Below, piece after piece: positions 16,707-25,154 of a stretch of 48,288 nucleotides of DNA. The stretch spans positions 1 through 48,288 of the forward strand of contig JAFULT010000020.1 in NCBI GenBank assembly GCA_017483145.1. The letters run 5' to 3'. Position 1 is the stretch's first letter; each line of letters begins with the position of its first letter. This DNA is from Oscillospiraceae bacterium (GTDB taxonomy: Bacteria; Bacillota; Clostridia; Oscillospirales; Ruminococcaceae). Under the pieces are notes generated by a model. It was not told where the DNA came from. It did no database searches and was given only the letters and a program-made list of their open reading frames with translations. A program made the position numbers and the translations under genes.

Positions 16707-17523
16707 ATTCCCTTATCTCCAGATTTGATGTATCATACATAACCTTTGCGTGGTTGGTTTTTATCAGTTCACTTTTTATAGTATTGCCTGTAACCATATC
16801 AATTGTCTTGCGGTAAATTTTGTTGTTGCGGTATACCACGCCGTCTTCACGGCTGAAGTATTCGTTCTCAACTGTGATATGGTATGTGTTGGGCAGATTG
16901 TCACTGCACAGCAGATGCCCCACCAGATACTCATCGTCTGTATAGACCAACAGCTGAAATGTATATGGTGTTTCGTTTACAAAGCGGTAGTCCTTGTAAT
17001 TGTACAGTATGCTTGTACCTGTGCCAAAAGGCACAACCCTGCCAAAATCGGGGAACAGGTCCACGCCGTCGTGATGGTGGTGTTCGCATATTGTAAGAGG
17101 GGAGTGCAGCACCAGCCAGTGTATCAGATTGGTAAACTGGCACATACCGCCGCCTATATCGCTGGACGGATTGCCGCCTTTGATTGTCAGCCCTGTCTTA
17201 TAGCCGTATTTTTCACTTACCTTGCCCACCAGATGCCAGAAAGAGAAAACCTCTCCCGGCCTGATAAGTATTTTATCCACCTTCGGGGCAGCTATTGCCA
17301 GGTTTACAGCTTTGTTTTCCTGCAGTGTCATATCCACGTTGCCCAGTTTGCGGCGGATAAGGGATTTGTGGCTGTAAACAGATACAGGCATCACTTTTTC
17401 ACTTTTTACTTCTGCAAAATTTACTTTTGCCTTTTTGTCCTGAATATTTCTTTTCAGTATTTCCTTCTGAGTTGAAATTTTATATGTAAGGGGAGAAATT
17501 TCACAAAACAGTTTTCTTGCCAT
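16693..17523 (-). CDS. VanW-family protein
   Basis: Start moved to ATG 17523 (AGAGG RBS), giving 276 aa. GGNPSSDIGGGMCQFTNLIHWL resembles the VanW GGG(V/M)CQ core. Confidence 0.7.
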   Translation of the reverse strand: MARKLFCEISPLTYKISTQKEILKRNIQDKKAKVNFAEVKSEKVMPVSVYSHKSLIRRKLGNVDMTLQENKAVNLAIAAPKVDKILIRPGEVFSFWHLVGKVSEKYGYKTGLTIKGGNPSSDIGGGMCQFTNLIHWLVLHSPLTICEHHHHDGVDLFPDFGRVVPFGTGTSILYNYKDYRFVNETPYTFQLLVYTDDEYLVGHLLCSDNLPNTYHITVENEYFSREDGVVYRNNKIYRKTIDMVTGNTIKSELIKTNHAKVMYDTSNLEIREYDKK

Positions 17524-17640
17524 AATGTACCTCTGAATATATTGCTGATTTAATTGTACCACTGATAAGTGAAAAAACAATGATTGTGACAATTCTCTTA
17601 TAATTGAAAACAGGGTATACCACCGTATACCCTGTATGTC

Positions 17641-18375
17641 TTATTCGTAATAATGCAGCACGTAGCCTTCCATCTTCCAGCTTTCAATTGAAACATCCTG
17701 TCTGGTCAGATTGCCGTCAGCATCATATGTGTAATTGTGTGTGCGTGTAGGCTGACCGTTCCAGGCATATTCCCATTTTAAAATCTTGCCTTCATCATCA
17801 TAGAATGTGGCGTATGTATATATGTTATCTCCGCTTTCAGATGTTTCCACCACAGCATTGTGAGCATAGCTGTATGTTGCAGCCAATGTTTCGGTGTCGT
17901 TGTTGTAGCTGTAGCATTCAGCCAGTTTGCCATCGTCACCATAAACATATTTTGTGCCGTAACTGCCGTCACCGTGGGCTTCTTTAATCAGTCTGCCTTC
18001 AGCATCGTATTCATAGCTTATTACATAAGCATAGTCAGAATAATCATAGGTCATGGTCTTTGTCAGTACATCACCGTTGTCATTGTATGTGTATGTGTCT
18101 TTTTCCCAGCCTTCGCCAAAATCATAGTTCCAGCTGGTTGTGTTGGAAATACGTCTGCCTTCAGCATCGTATTCATATGTTATGTCGGCCAGAATTGTGC
18201 CGCTTTCATCATACAGTTCACTGCGTACAGGATTTTTGATTTCTTTTACTGTCACTTCATCCTGTTTATCTCCCTGCTGTGCTGTGCCGCCTGCACCACT
18301 GTTGATTTCTCCGCCGCAGCCAGCCATTGAAACAGACATAATCATTGCCAGCATCAGTGCAAATATCTTTTTCAT
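17641..18375 (-). CDS. Lipoprotein built of YD (RHS-type) repeats, no recognisable toxin domain
   Basis: 244 aa with a GGGAGA RBS. Signal peptide with lipobox SMAGC. Repeats YEYDAEGRRI, YTYNDNGDVL, YEYDAEGRLI, YVYGDDGKLA and YTYDADGNLT match the YxYDxxGRL consensus. Confidence 0.7.
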   Translation of the reverse strand: MKKIFALMLAMIMSVSMAGCGGEINSGAGGTAQQGDKQDEVTVKEIKNPVRSELYDESGTILADITYEYDAEGRRISNTTSWNYDFGEGWEKDTYTYNDNGDVLTKTMTYDYSDYAYVISYEYDAEGRLIKEAHGDGSYGTKYVYGDDGKLAECYSYNNDTETLAATYSYAHNAVVETSESGDNIYTYATFYDDEGKILKWEYAWNGQPTRTHNYTYDADGNLTRQDVSIESWKMEGYVLHYYE

Positions 18376-18587
18376 AATAATTCTCCCTATTTATCAATAT
18401 ATAATCATTATATCACTATAACAACTGTAATTCTATGGGCATATCGATAATATACATCTGTCTGTTTTGCACAAAAGGCCGATATTTGTACTTTGATGCT
18501 TTACAAATGTATTTTATGGGAGTATACTGTATACATTGATTGTTTTTTAACAAACAAATCGTACAGTTATAGAGAGAGGACAAAACT

Positions 18588-19943
18588 ATGTTAGACAGAA
18601 TTGAACAAAAAATCTGTGACATCCTTGAAGCTAAAAAGGATGAAATCATTGCATTCGGCAATGATATCTGGAACCACGCTGAACTGGGCTACAAAGAAGT
18701 GCGCACAGCAGGCAAATATGTGGAAGAAATGAAAAAACTGGGCCTTGAAAGTGAAGAAGGCTGGGCAATCACAGGTGTAAAAACTTACCTGAAACCAAAA
18801 GGAACAACTGACGGCCCAACCCTTGCTGTTATCGGTGAAATGGATGCCCTGCCAATTCCAAACCACCCAAATGCTTACAACGGTGCAGCACACTGCTGTG
18901 GTCATCACGTACAGCTGACAGGTATCGTTGGTGCTGCAATGGCTCTTGCTGATGAAGAAGTTAAAGAAGCTATGGGTGGCAACATCTGCTTTATGGCAGT
19001 ACCTGCAGAAGAGTTTGTTGACATCGAATGGAAAAGCCAGATGATGAAAGAAGGCAAACTGGGTTACGGCGGCGGCAAATGCGAACTTATCCGTGTTGGC
19101 GCATTTGACGATATTGATGTTGCCCTTGGCCACCACTCATTTGCAGGCGGCGACTTTGGTCACTTCAACTCATCCACAAACGGCTTTGTAAACAAAACAG
19201 TTACTTTCAAAGGCCGTTCCGCTCACGCAGCAGGTATGCCACACCACGGTATAGATGCTCTCAATGCTGCAACAGCATCTCTTGTAAATATTGCTCTCCA
19301 GCAGGAATCTTTCCGTGATGAAGACGGCGTTCGCTGCCACGGTTTTATCTCCAACGGCGGTCAGGCTGTAAATATTATTGCTGACGAAGTTACACTGCAG
19401 TACTGCGTGCGTGCAAAAACACCTGAAGCATACCGTGACGCTGCAAAAAAAGTTGACCGTTCTTTCAAAGCTGCTGCAATGGCAACAGGCTGTGATGTTA
19501 CTATTGAAACAATGGCCGGTTATATGTCCGGTGTTGTAAACGAAAACACAAAAATCCTCCAGAGCGTATTTGATGATATCAAAGCAGAAGGCAAATACAC
19601 AAACCAGAAGGATATGCTGGGCCATTCCACAGGTTCTGATGACTTTGGCGATGTTGCTTCCCTTATGCCACTGGTACATTTTACAACAGGCGGTGTTCTG
19701 GGCGATGCACACGCACCTAACTATGAAATGATTGATGACTATGCATCATATGTTCTCACAGCAAAAATCTTTGCCCTTACAGCATACAGACTGATGAAAA
19801 ACAATGCAGAAGGCGCAAAAGACCAGCTGGCTACATACAAACCTGTTATGTCAAAAGAAGAATACATTGCATTCCAGGATTCCATGCAGACAACTGAAAC
19901 ATTCACAACAGAAAAACTGCCTATCGTTGGTCTCAACGATTAA
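18588..19943 (+). CDS. M20-family amidohydrolase (AbgB-like)
   Basis: 451 aa with a GAGAGGA RBS. Motifs IGEMDALP and AAHCCGHH, plus a dimerisation-domain-sized insert. Third M20 enzyme in the window. Confidence 0.75.
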   Translation: MLDRIEQKICDILEAKKDEIIAFGNDIWNHAELGYKEVRTAGKYVEEMKKLGLESEEGWAITGVKTYLKPKGTTDGPTLAVIGEMDALPIPNHPNAYNGAAHCCGHHVQLTGIVGAAMALADEEVKEAMGGNICFMAVPAEEFVDIEWKSQMMKEGKLGYGGGKCELIRVGAFDDIDVALGHHSFAGGDFGHFNSSTNGFVNKTVTFKGRSAHAAGMPHHGIDALNAATASLVNIALQQESFRDEDGVRCHGFISNGGQAVNIIADEVTLQYCVRAKTPEAYRDAAKKVDRSFKAAAMATGCDVTIETMAGYMSGVVNENTKILQSVFDDIKAEGKYTNQKDMLGHSTGSDDFGDVASLMPLVHFTTGGVLGDAHAPNYEMIDDYASYVLTAKIFALTAYRLMKNNAEGAKDQLATYKPVMSKEEYIAFQDSMQTTETFTTEKLPIVGLND

Positions 19944-20041
19944 CAGCTGATATAAAGCAGGGTTTTACAGCCCTGCTTTTGTTATTGTATATCTCTTTTA
20001 TTTGATGTAAAATAATATCATTATAATCAAACGGAGATTTT

Positions 20042-20584
20042 ATGAACAGAATTTTTATCCGCAGTCTGCTGCCTGGAGATGAAGAGGCTATTTACCGCAT
20101 TTACAGCGATATGGAACTTTGCCTTGCCAGCGGCTCAACCCCTGTTTTTGATATGCATGGGGCAAAACAAAAACTGAACAGGCTTATGCAGGGCGGCGAA
20201 TATTTTGCCATTGTGCACATACAGACAATGCAGGTGATAGGTGTGATATCCCTGTCAAAGGACGCCCACCGCTTCAACAAACATGCCTATATGCTGGGGT
20301 ATGTACTGCACCGTGACTGGTGGGGGCAGGGAATAATGACAGAAGCTGTGAATTATATGCTGAAATTTGCCTTTAAAAATATGGGGGCAGATGTGGTGGC
20401 GGCCGCCCATTTTACAGATAATGAGCGCTCTAAACGAGTGCTGGAAAAATGCGGTTTTGTATATGAAGGCACTATGCGCCGGGGTTATCTGCGCTTTGAC
20501 GGCGCTGTGCTGGACAGCTGTATATACTCCATACTGTACGATGAGTACCTGCACAAAACAGTTGACAACCAAAACGGCAGGTAG
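20042..20584 (+). CDS. GNAT-family N-acetyltransferase (RimJ/RimL-like)
   Basis: 180 aa with a GGAGA RBS. Contains WWGQGIMTEAVNYMLKFAF...NERSKRVLEKCGFVYEG. Confidence 0.8.
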   Translation: MNRIFIRSLLPGDEEAIYRIYSDMELCLASGSTPVFDMHGAKQKLNRLMQGGEYFAIVHIQTMQVIGVISLSKDAHRFNKHAYMLGYVLHRDWWGQGIMTEAVNYMLKFAFKNMGADVVAAAHFTDNERSKRVLEKCGFVYEGTMRRGYLRFDGAVLDSCIYSILYDEYLHKTVDNQNGR

Positions 20585-20590
20585 TATAAT
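20562..20590 (+). promoter_or_regulatory. Consensus sigma-A promoter for tRNA-Leu(CAA), overlapping the last codons of the GNAT CDS
   Basis: TTGACA (20562-20567), exactly 17 nt, TATAAT (20585-20590), 17 nt upstream of the tRNA 5' end. Confidence 0.7.
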
Positions 20591-20607
20591 AATAAGGCTA
20601 TAAGCAA

Positions 20608-20694
20608 GCCGGTATGATGGAATTGGCAGACGTGCTGGACTCAAAATCCTGTGGTAGTGATACCGTGTCGGTTCGACCCCGACTACCGGCACCA
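20608..20694 (+). tRNA. tRNA-Leu (anticodon CAA), class II, encoded CCA
   Basis: Acceptor gccggta/taccggc, anticodon loop ctCAAaa, long variable arm, T-arm gtcgg-ttcgacc-ccgac, a-cca. 87 nt. Confidence 0.9.
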
Positions 20695-20699
20695 TCAGT

Positions 20700-20738
20700 A
20701 AGACTCGTAGATTTTAATATCTATGAGTCTTATTTTTT
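20700..20738 (+). terminator. Rho-independent terminator after tRNA-Leu(CAA)
   Basis: 13-bp stem aagactcgtagat/atctatgagtctt (one G-U pair) followed by ATTTTTT. Confidence 0.75.
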
Positions 20739-20748
20739 ATAATAATCT

Positions 20749-20892
20749 GTATCGGGGTGCGAACGTGTTCGACCCTGCGACTCACATATTGCTAGGGCAA
20801 TATGTTCGTTGCATCAGTTCCAGAGCGGAAAATCCATCGCCACCGGCTTGTATTTTCCGACTGTCACAGACGCCTACCGGCACCATCAGTAA
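20749..20892 (+). other. tRNA-end-derived element: inverted T-arm-like copy at the left end, direct 19-bp copy of the tRNA-Leu(CAA) 3' end at the right end
   Basis: 20749-20764 gtatcggggtgcgaac approximates the reverse complement of the tRNA segment gttcgaccccgactac. 20874-20892 ctaccggcaccatcagtaa is identical to 20683-20701. A perfect 9-bp hairpin lies at 20784-20805. No credible ORF. Confidence 0.6.
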
Positions 20893-20928
20893 ACCTACAG
20901 ACTGAAAAGTCTGCAGGTTTGTTTATTT
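20892..20928 (+). terminator. Rho-independent terminator after the duplicated tRNA 3' end
   Basis: aacctacagact-gaaa-agtctgcaggtt (12-bp stem, one mismatch) followed by TGTTTATTT. Confidence 0.65.
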
Positions 20929-21038
20929 AATAATCTTTTTACAGCAGTACAAAAACCGGATAATAAATTGTTTTAATAAATATTTAAGAAATACAGTATT
21001 GCTTTTGTGTTACAATATTACTGTAAGGAGGTTATATC

Positions 21039-21482
21039 ATGGGAAGGAAAAGAAACCTATATATTGCATCTATACACATAATACTCACATCCATTCCTTT
21101 TGTAATGATTTATATAATCTCTCCATATATACAATATGAAAACTATGAATTTCTTTATCTTGTTTCCCACAGGAAATTCTGGTATATATGGCTTGTTCCG
21201 CTGTTGTTTATAATATTCGAAAGACCTGTACGGGCGCACATTTTCACAATTTGTACCACAGTGGCCATGTTTATGGCGCAGTATTCCGGTGATATACGTT
21301 ACCGGCAGGAATTAATCAAAGCACAGCAGGGCAATTATTATCCATATGCCAATCACTTTGGACTGTGGCTTAAATATACCTTTGCGCTTTCTGCAGCCTG
21401 CCTTATATTTTACTGTGTAAAAAACAGGAAACAGATTTCTGATAATATAAATAAATTTACAGGCTGGTGGAACTGCAGATAA
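21039..21482 (+). CDS. Integral membrane protein, function unknown
   Basis: 147 aa with a strong AAGGAGG RBS and about 4 TM segments. No recognisable motif. Confidence 0.6.
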   Translation: MGRKRNLYIASIHIILTSIPFVMIYIISPYIQYENYEFLYLVSHRKFWYIWLVPLLFIIFERPVRAHIFTICTTVAMFMAQYSGDIRYRQELIKAQQGNYYPYANHFGLWLKYTFALSAACLIFYCVKNRKQISDNINKFTGWWNCR

Positions 21483-21556
21483 ATATTTTGCATTTTCTCC
21501 ATACATATAGTAAAATAATATATTATGGAAAATTCAATTCGAGGAAATACAGATAT

Positions 21557-22399
21557 ATGATTAACAAACAATACAAATATGGATATCTGGCTGTAATTGT
21601 GCTGTGCGTTGCCGCAATGGCAGCAGGTGCAAAATATGACTGGATGATTACAGATACATTATACAATCCACAGAATATGTTCGGCGTGATATTTGAAGCC
21701 GCTTCCTGGCTGCCTGTATATGCCTTTATTCCTGTTCTGGGTGCCTGTAATATGGTGCGCAGCAAAAACAATATGACCACTTTTACAGTTGGTGCATTTC
21801 TGCTTATTGCTTCCTGCTGCATTTTCAGCTACAGTGTATGCGACCATTTTGTGGCCCGCGGCTTTATGCGCAAGGTAAATCCTTATCTTTGCGGCATTTT
21901 TGGCGGCGTTGTGGCAGCGGCACTGTTCCTTGTTATCCGCGGTGTAAAACGCTCTGTAATACGCAAAATGCAGGCTGTATGCGGTTTTGCATTTGTTTAT
22001 ATGTTAAGCTACCTTGCAGTGATTTTTGCACTTAAAATGGTTTTTGGCCGTGACAGGTACGAAGACATTATCACAGGTGGTGAATACCTTTTTGCAGAAT
22101 GGTTCAGACCTGTGTTCTTCTCTTCAGGCAGCAGTTTTCCGTCCGGTCATACAGCTGCGGCAATGGGTATTGTGGTTCTGCTGTTGCTGCCGTTTATTTT
22201 CAGACCATTTAAAAACCTTAAACTGCCGCTGTTTGTATTCTGCTATGCATATGCATTTCTTACAGCTTTCAGCCGTATTATTATGGGCCGCCATTTTGTC
22301 AGCGACACTGCAGCGGCTATCCTTATAATGACAATCATTTTTATAATTCTAACACCAAAATTTGAAAAGCTTTACAAAAAAGAACTTCTGAAGGAGTAA
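21557..22399 (+). CDS. PAP2-family phosphatase (membrane-bound)
   Basis: Start moved to ATG 21557 (GAGGAAA RBS). PAP2 motifs SFPSGHTAAA and SRIIMGRHFVSD. Multiple TM segments. Confidence 0.8.
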   Translation: MINKQYKYGYLAVIVLCVAAMAAGAKYDWMITDTLYNPQNMFGVIFEAASWLPVYAFIPVLGACNMVRSKNNMTTFTVGAFLLIASCCIFSYSVCDHFVARGFMRKVNPYLCGIFGGVVAAALFLVIRGVKRSVIRKMQAVCGFAFVYMLSYLAVIFALKMVFGRDRYEDIITGGEYLFAEWFRPVFFSSGSSFPSGHTAAAMGIVVLLLLPFIFRPFKNLKLPLFVFCYAYAFLTAFSRIIMGRHFVSDTAAAILIMTIIFIILTPKFEKLYKKELLKE

Positions 22400-22403
22400 T
22401 GCT

Positions 22404-23045
22404 ATGAAAATACTTGTTACAGGTTTTGACCCTTTTGATGGCGACACAGTAAACCCTGCCCTTGAACTGATAAAACAGCTGCCGGGGGAAATTGACGGCT
22501 GTGAAATCATCACCCTTGAAGTGCCTACAGTATTCCACAAATCCATACAGACTATCCGTGATGCAATAGATAAATACCACCCGGATGCTGTACTGTCCAT
22601 CGGTCAGGCAGGCGGCAGACCGGATTTGACTGTTGAAAGAGTGGGTATCAACTGTGACGATGCCCGCATTCTGGACAACGAAGGCAATTCTCCTGTGGAT
22701 GCAAAAATATTTGCAGATGGGGACGATGCATATCTGCTGACACTGCCAATCAAAGCAATGGTAAAGGAAATCAATGCCGCAGGCGTACCTGCATCAGTTT
22801 CCAACACAGCGGGCACATTTGTGTGCAACCACGTGGCATACGGCACAGCATATCTTGCAAAGAAATATTACCCGAATATCAAAACAGGCTTTATGCATAT
22901 TCCATTTCTGCCGCACCAGGCTGCAGGCCGTTACAACACGCCAAGTATGTCCATTGACAGCCTTAAAACCGGCACAATCGCCGCATTGAAAGCTATTATT
23001 CATAATCAGACAGATATAGAAATGGCTTTCGGCAAGGAGCACTGA
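22404..23045 (+). CDS. pcp: Pyroglutamyl-peptidase I
   Basis: 213 aa with an AAGGAG RBS. Motifs MKILVTGFDPF, QAGGR, VERVGIN and the catalytic Cys context AGTFVCNHV. Confidence 0.9.
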   Translation: MKILVTGFDPFDGDTVNPALELIKQLPGEIDGCEIITLEVPTVFHKSIQTIRDAIDKYHPDAVLSIGQAGGRPDLTVERVGINCDDARILDNEGNSPVDAKIFADGDDAYLLTLPIKAMVKEINAAGVPASVSNTAGTFVCNHVAYGTAYLAKKYYPNIKTGFMHIPFLPHQAAGRYNTPSMSIDSLKTGTIAALKAIIHNQTDIEMAFGKEH

Positions 23046-23046
23046 T

Positions 23047-23562
23047 ATGGATAAAAACATCATTGTCCGCAATGCCACTCCACAGGACGCCACAGGAATA
23101 TCCATTGTACAGGCATACACCTGGGGCACTGCTTATAAAGGACTTATGCCGGACAGTGTGCTGGAAAGACGAATTACCGGCACAAAAGCCAATTCCGACA
23201 GACTGGAGAGCATTATAGAGTCTGGCCGGTTCAAATATGTGGTGGCTGAATATAAGGGTGCTGTTGTGGGCTTTGCTTCCTACGGCAAAAGCCGCGATGA
23301 GAATTATCCCCGCCGGGGAGAAATAGGTGCATTGTATGTGCTGAAAGGCTTTGCAGGCTGTGGAACCGGCAGAGCGCTGTTTGAATTTTCTGCCCAAAAA
23401 CTTAAACAGCTGGGATATACAGCAATGATTATAAACTGTCTGACTGGTAATCCGTCTGTAGAATTCTACAAGCATATGGGCGGCATAATTGCAGGACAGA
23501 GAACAGACCGCATATTTGATGGACATACAATCACAGAAGATATATTGAAATTTGAACTGTAA
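23047..23562 (+). CDS. GNAT-family N-acetyltransferase
   Basis: 171 aa with an AAGGAG RBS. The ATG lies 1 nt after the pcp stop. Contains GEIGALYVLKGFAGCGTGRALF...FYKHMGG. Confidence 0.75.
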   Translation: MDKNIIVRNATPQDATGISIVQAYTWGTAYKGLMPDSVLERRITGTKANSDRLESIIESGRFKYVVAEYKGAVVGFASYGKSRDENYPRRGEIGALYVLKGFAGCGTGRALFEFSAQKLKQLGYTAMIINCLTGNPSVEFYKHMGGIIAGQRTDRIFDGHTITEDILKFEL

Positions 23563-23563
23563 A

Positions 23564-23593
23564 AAAACCACAGATTTTTCTGTGGTTTTTTTG
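23564..23593 (+). terminator. Rho-independent terminator
   Basis: aaccacaga-tttt-tctgtggtt followed by TTTTT. Confidence 0.75.
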
Positions 23594-23641
23594 TAGCTTT
23601 TTTCGGTTTACAGGGTTTTATTAAGTGAAAGGGGGTATAGT

Positions 23642-24112
23642 ATGGACAGTTTAAGCAACGAAGCTATGGTAAAAAAGTATGCTGATATGGTTTACAGGCT
23701 GGCTCTGGTACGCACAGGCAACAGCTGGGATGCGGATGAAGTATTCCAGGAAGTTTTTCTGCGATATTTCAGAAAAAAGCCTGTATTTACTGACGAAAAC
23801 CACAGGAAAGCCTGGCTGTTGAAAGTTACGGTCAACTGCAGTAAAAAACTACAGCTGTCATTATGGCAGAAACGCTTTGTCCGGCTGGACGAAAGCATTC
23901 CTTTCACGGAAAAAGAAGACATCAATCTGTTTACATACATATGCCGCCTGCCACAGAAATACAGGGATGTGATACACCTGTTTTATTATGAAGATATGTC
24001 CTGTGACGAAATTGCACAGTTGCTGGGCAGAAAGCCATCCACCGTGCGCACCCAGCTGACAAGGGCAAGAGCGATGCTGAAAGAAATTTTGCAGGAGGAA
24101 GACTATGTTTAA
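23642..24112 (+). CDS. ECF-type RNA polymerase sigma factor (sigma-70 family)
   Basis: 156 aa with an AGGGGG RBS. Region 2 DADEVFQEVFLRYF and region 4 LPQKYRDVIHLFYYEDMSCDEIAQLLGRKPSTVRTQLTRAR. Confidence 0.85.
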   Translation: MDSLSNEAMVKKYADMVYRLALVRTGNSWDADEVFQEVFLRYFRKKPVFTDENHRKAWLLKVTVNCSKKLQLSLWQKRFVRLDESIPFTEKEDINLFTYICRLPQKYRDVIHLFYYEDMSCDEIAQLLGRKPSTVRTQLTRARAMLKEILQEEDYV

Positions 24113-25112
24113 AGACAAGTACAAATCACTTATGGACAGTGTAAATGCACCGCAGCAGCTTGTGGACAGTATTATAGATTCAGAAAGCAAAAAACATAAA
24201 TTCAACCTGCCAAAGAAGCCGGCAATGATTTTTGCAACACTGTTTATCTGCTTTTTTATTGCATTGCCGGCGGCAGCTGCAAACAATGCTGATATATACC
24301 GGCTGATGTATATGATATCCCCGGATGTTGCACAGTTTTTCACACCTGTGCAGACCGCCTGTGAAGACAACGGGATAAAAATGGAAGTGGTTTCAATTTA
24401 TGAAAAAGACAATGAAATACAGGTCTGCATCACTATGCAGGATATGACAGGGGACAGGATAGATGGGACAATCGACCTTTATGACAGCTACACAATAAAC
24501 GCCCCGTTCAGCACAGGTCATTGCAGTTTTTCGGAATATGATGCGGAAACAGGCAAAGCAATGTTTATAGTTTCACTTGAAGGCTTTGGCAATTATCTGC
24601 CGTTTGAAACACCGGTTAAATTTTCTGTCCGTCGTTTTTTAAGCAGGAAAACACATTATGAAAATGTGGTTATACCATTTGATTTGAAAAATGCAGAAAC
24701 AGCCACAGATGTAATATATGCTGATATTACAGGCGGTGGCGGAACAGGGCTGAAAGACAGATGCCCGGATTATGCCACAGTGCTTGCCCCGGATGTACCG
24801 CTGGAAAATTTTGATGTAAATGGAATTGATATAACAGGTATAGGTTATATTGACGGCAGACTGCATATACAGACAGCCGTAAGAAACAGGAAAGAAAATG
24901 ACAACCACGGCTGTTTCTGGCTTGTGGATGAAACAGGCAACAAAATCCTGTATGATTACTCTTTATATTTTGAAAACGGAACAGATACAAGTTATCAGGA
25001 TTATGTTTTTGATATTCCACAGGGCAATATTGGTCTTTACCGTATGCAGGGAGAATTCTGGACTTCCGGCATGCTTACAGAAGGCAACTGGTCTGTTAAC
25101 TTCAAAGTATAA
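24105..25112 (+). CDS. Putative anti-sigma factor / DUF4179-like single-pass membrane protein
   Basis: 335 aa. Overlaps the sigma gene by 8 nt. Short cytoplasmic N-terminus, one TM (MIFATLFICFFIALPAAAA) and a large extracytoplasmic domain, which is the usual ECF partner arrangement. Confidence 0.55.
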   Translation: MFKDKYKSLMDSVNAPQQLVDSIIDSESKKHKFNLPKKPAMIFATLFICFFIALPAAAANNADIYRLMYMISPDVAQFFTPVQTACEDNGIKMEVVSIYEKDNEIQVCITMQDMTGDRIDGTIDLYDSYTINAPFSTGHCSFSEYDAETGKAMFIVSLEGFGNYLPFETPVKFSVRRFLSRKTHYENVVIPFDLKNAETATDVIYADITGGGGTGLKDRCPDYATVLAPDVPLENFDVNGIDITGIGYIDGRLHIQTAVRNRKENDNHGCFWLVDETGNKILYDYSLYFENGTDTSYQDYVFDIPQGNIGLYRMQGEFWTSGMLTEGNWSVNFKV

Positions 25113-25116
25113 AGAA

Positions 25117-25154
25117 GAAACCCACCATTGATTTCTCAATGGTGGGTTCTTTTT
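25117..25154. terminator. Bidirectional rho-independent terminator
   Basis: 12-bp perfect stem aacccaccattg/caatggtgggtt flanked by an A-run and a T-run, between convergent genes. Confidence 0.75.

Noticed and set aside
20255-20695. 146-aa minus-strand ORF
   Set aside because: It overlaps tRNA-Leu(CAA) and is antisense to the GNAT CDS. Likewise, ORF 30152-30523 overlaps tRNA-Thr and is antisense to the HTH gene.
20723-20905. 60-aa plus-strand ORF inside the tRNA-Leu(CAA)-linked element. A similar 62-aa ORF lies at 5943-6131 in the other element.
   Set aside because: The ATG of the first sits inside a terminator hairpin, the second uses a TTG start with no RBS, and both run through terminators. 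No protein-like features.
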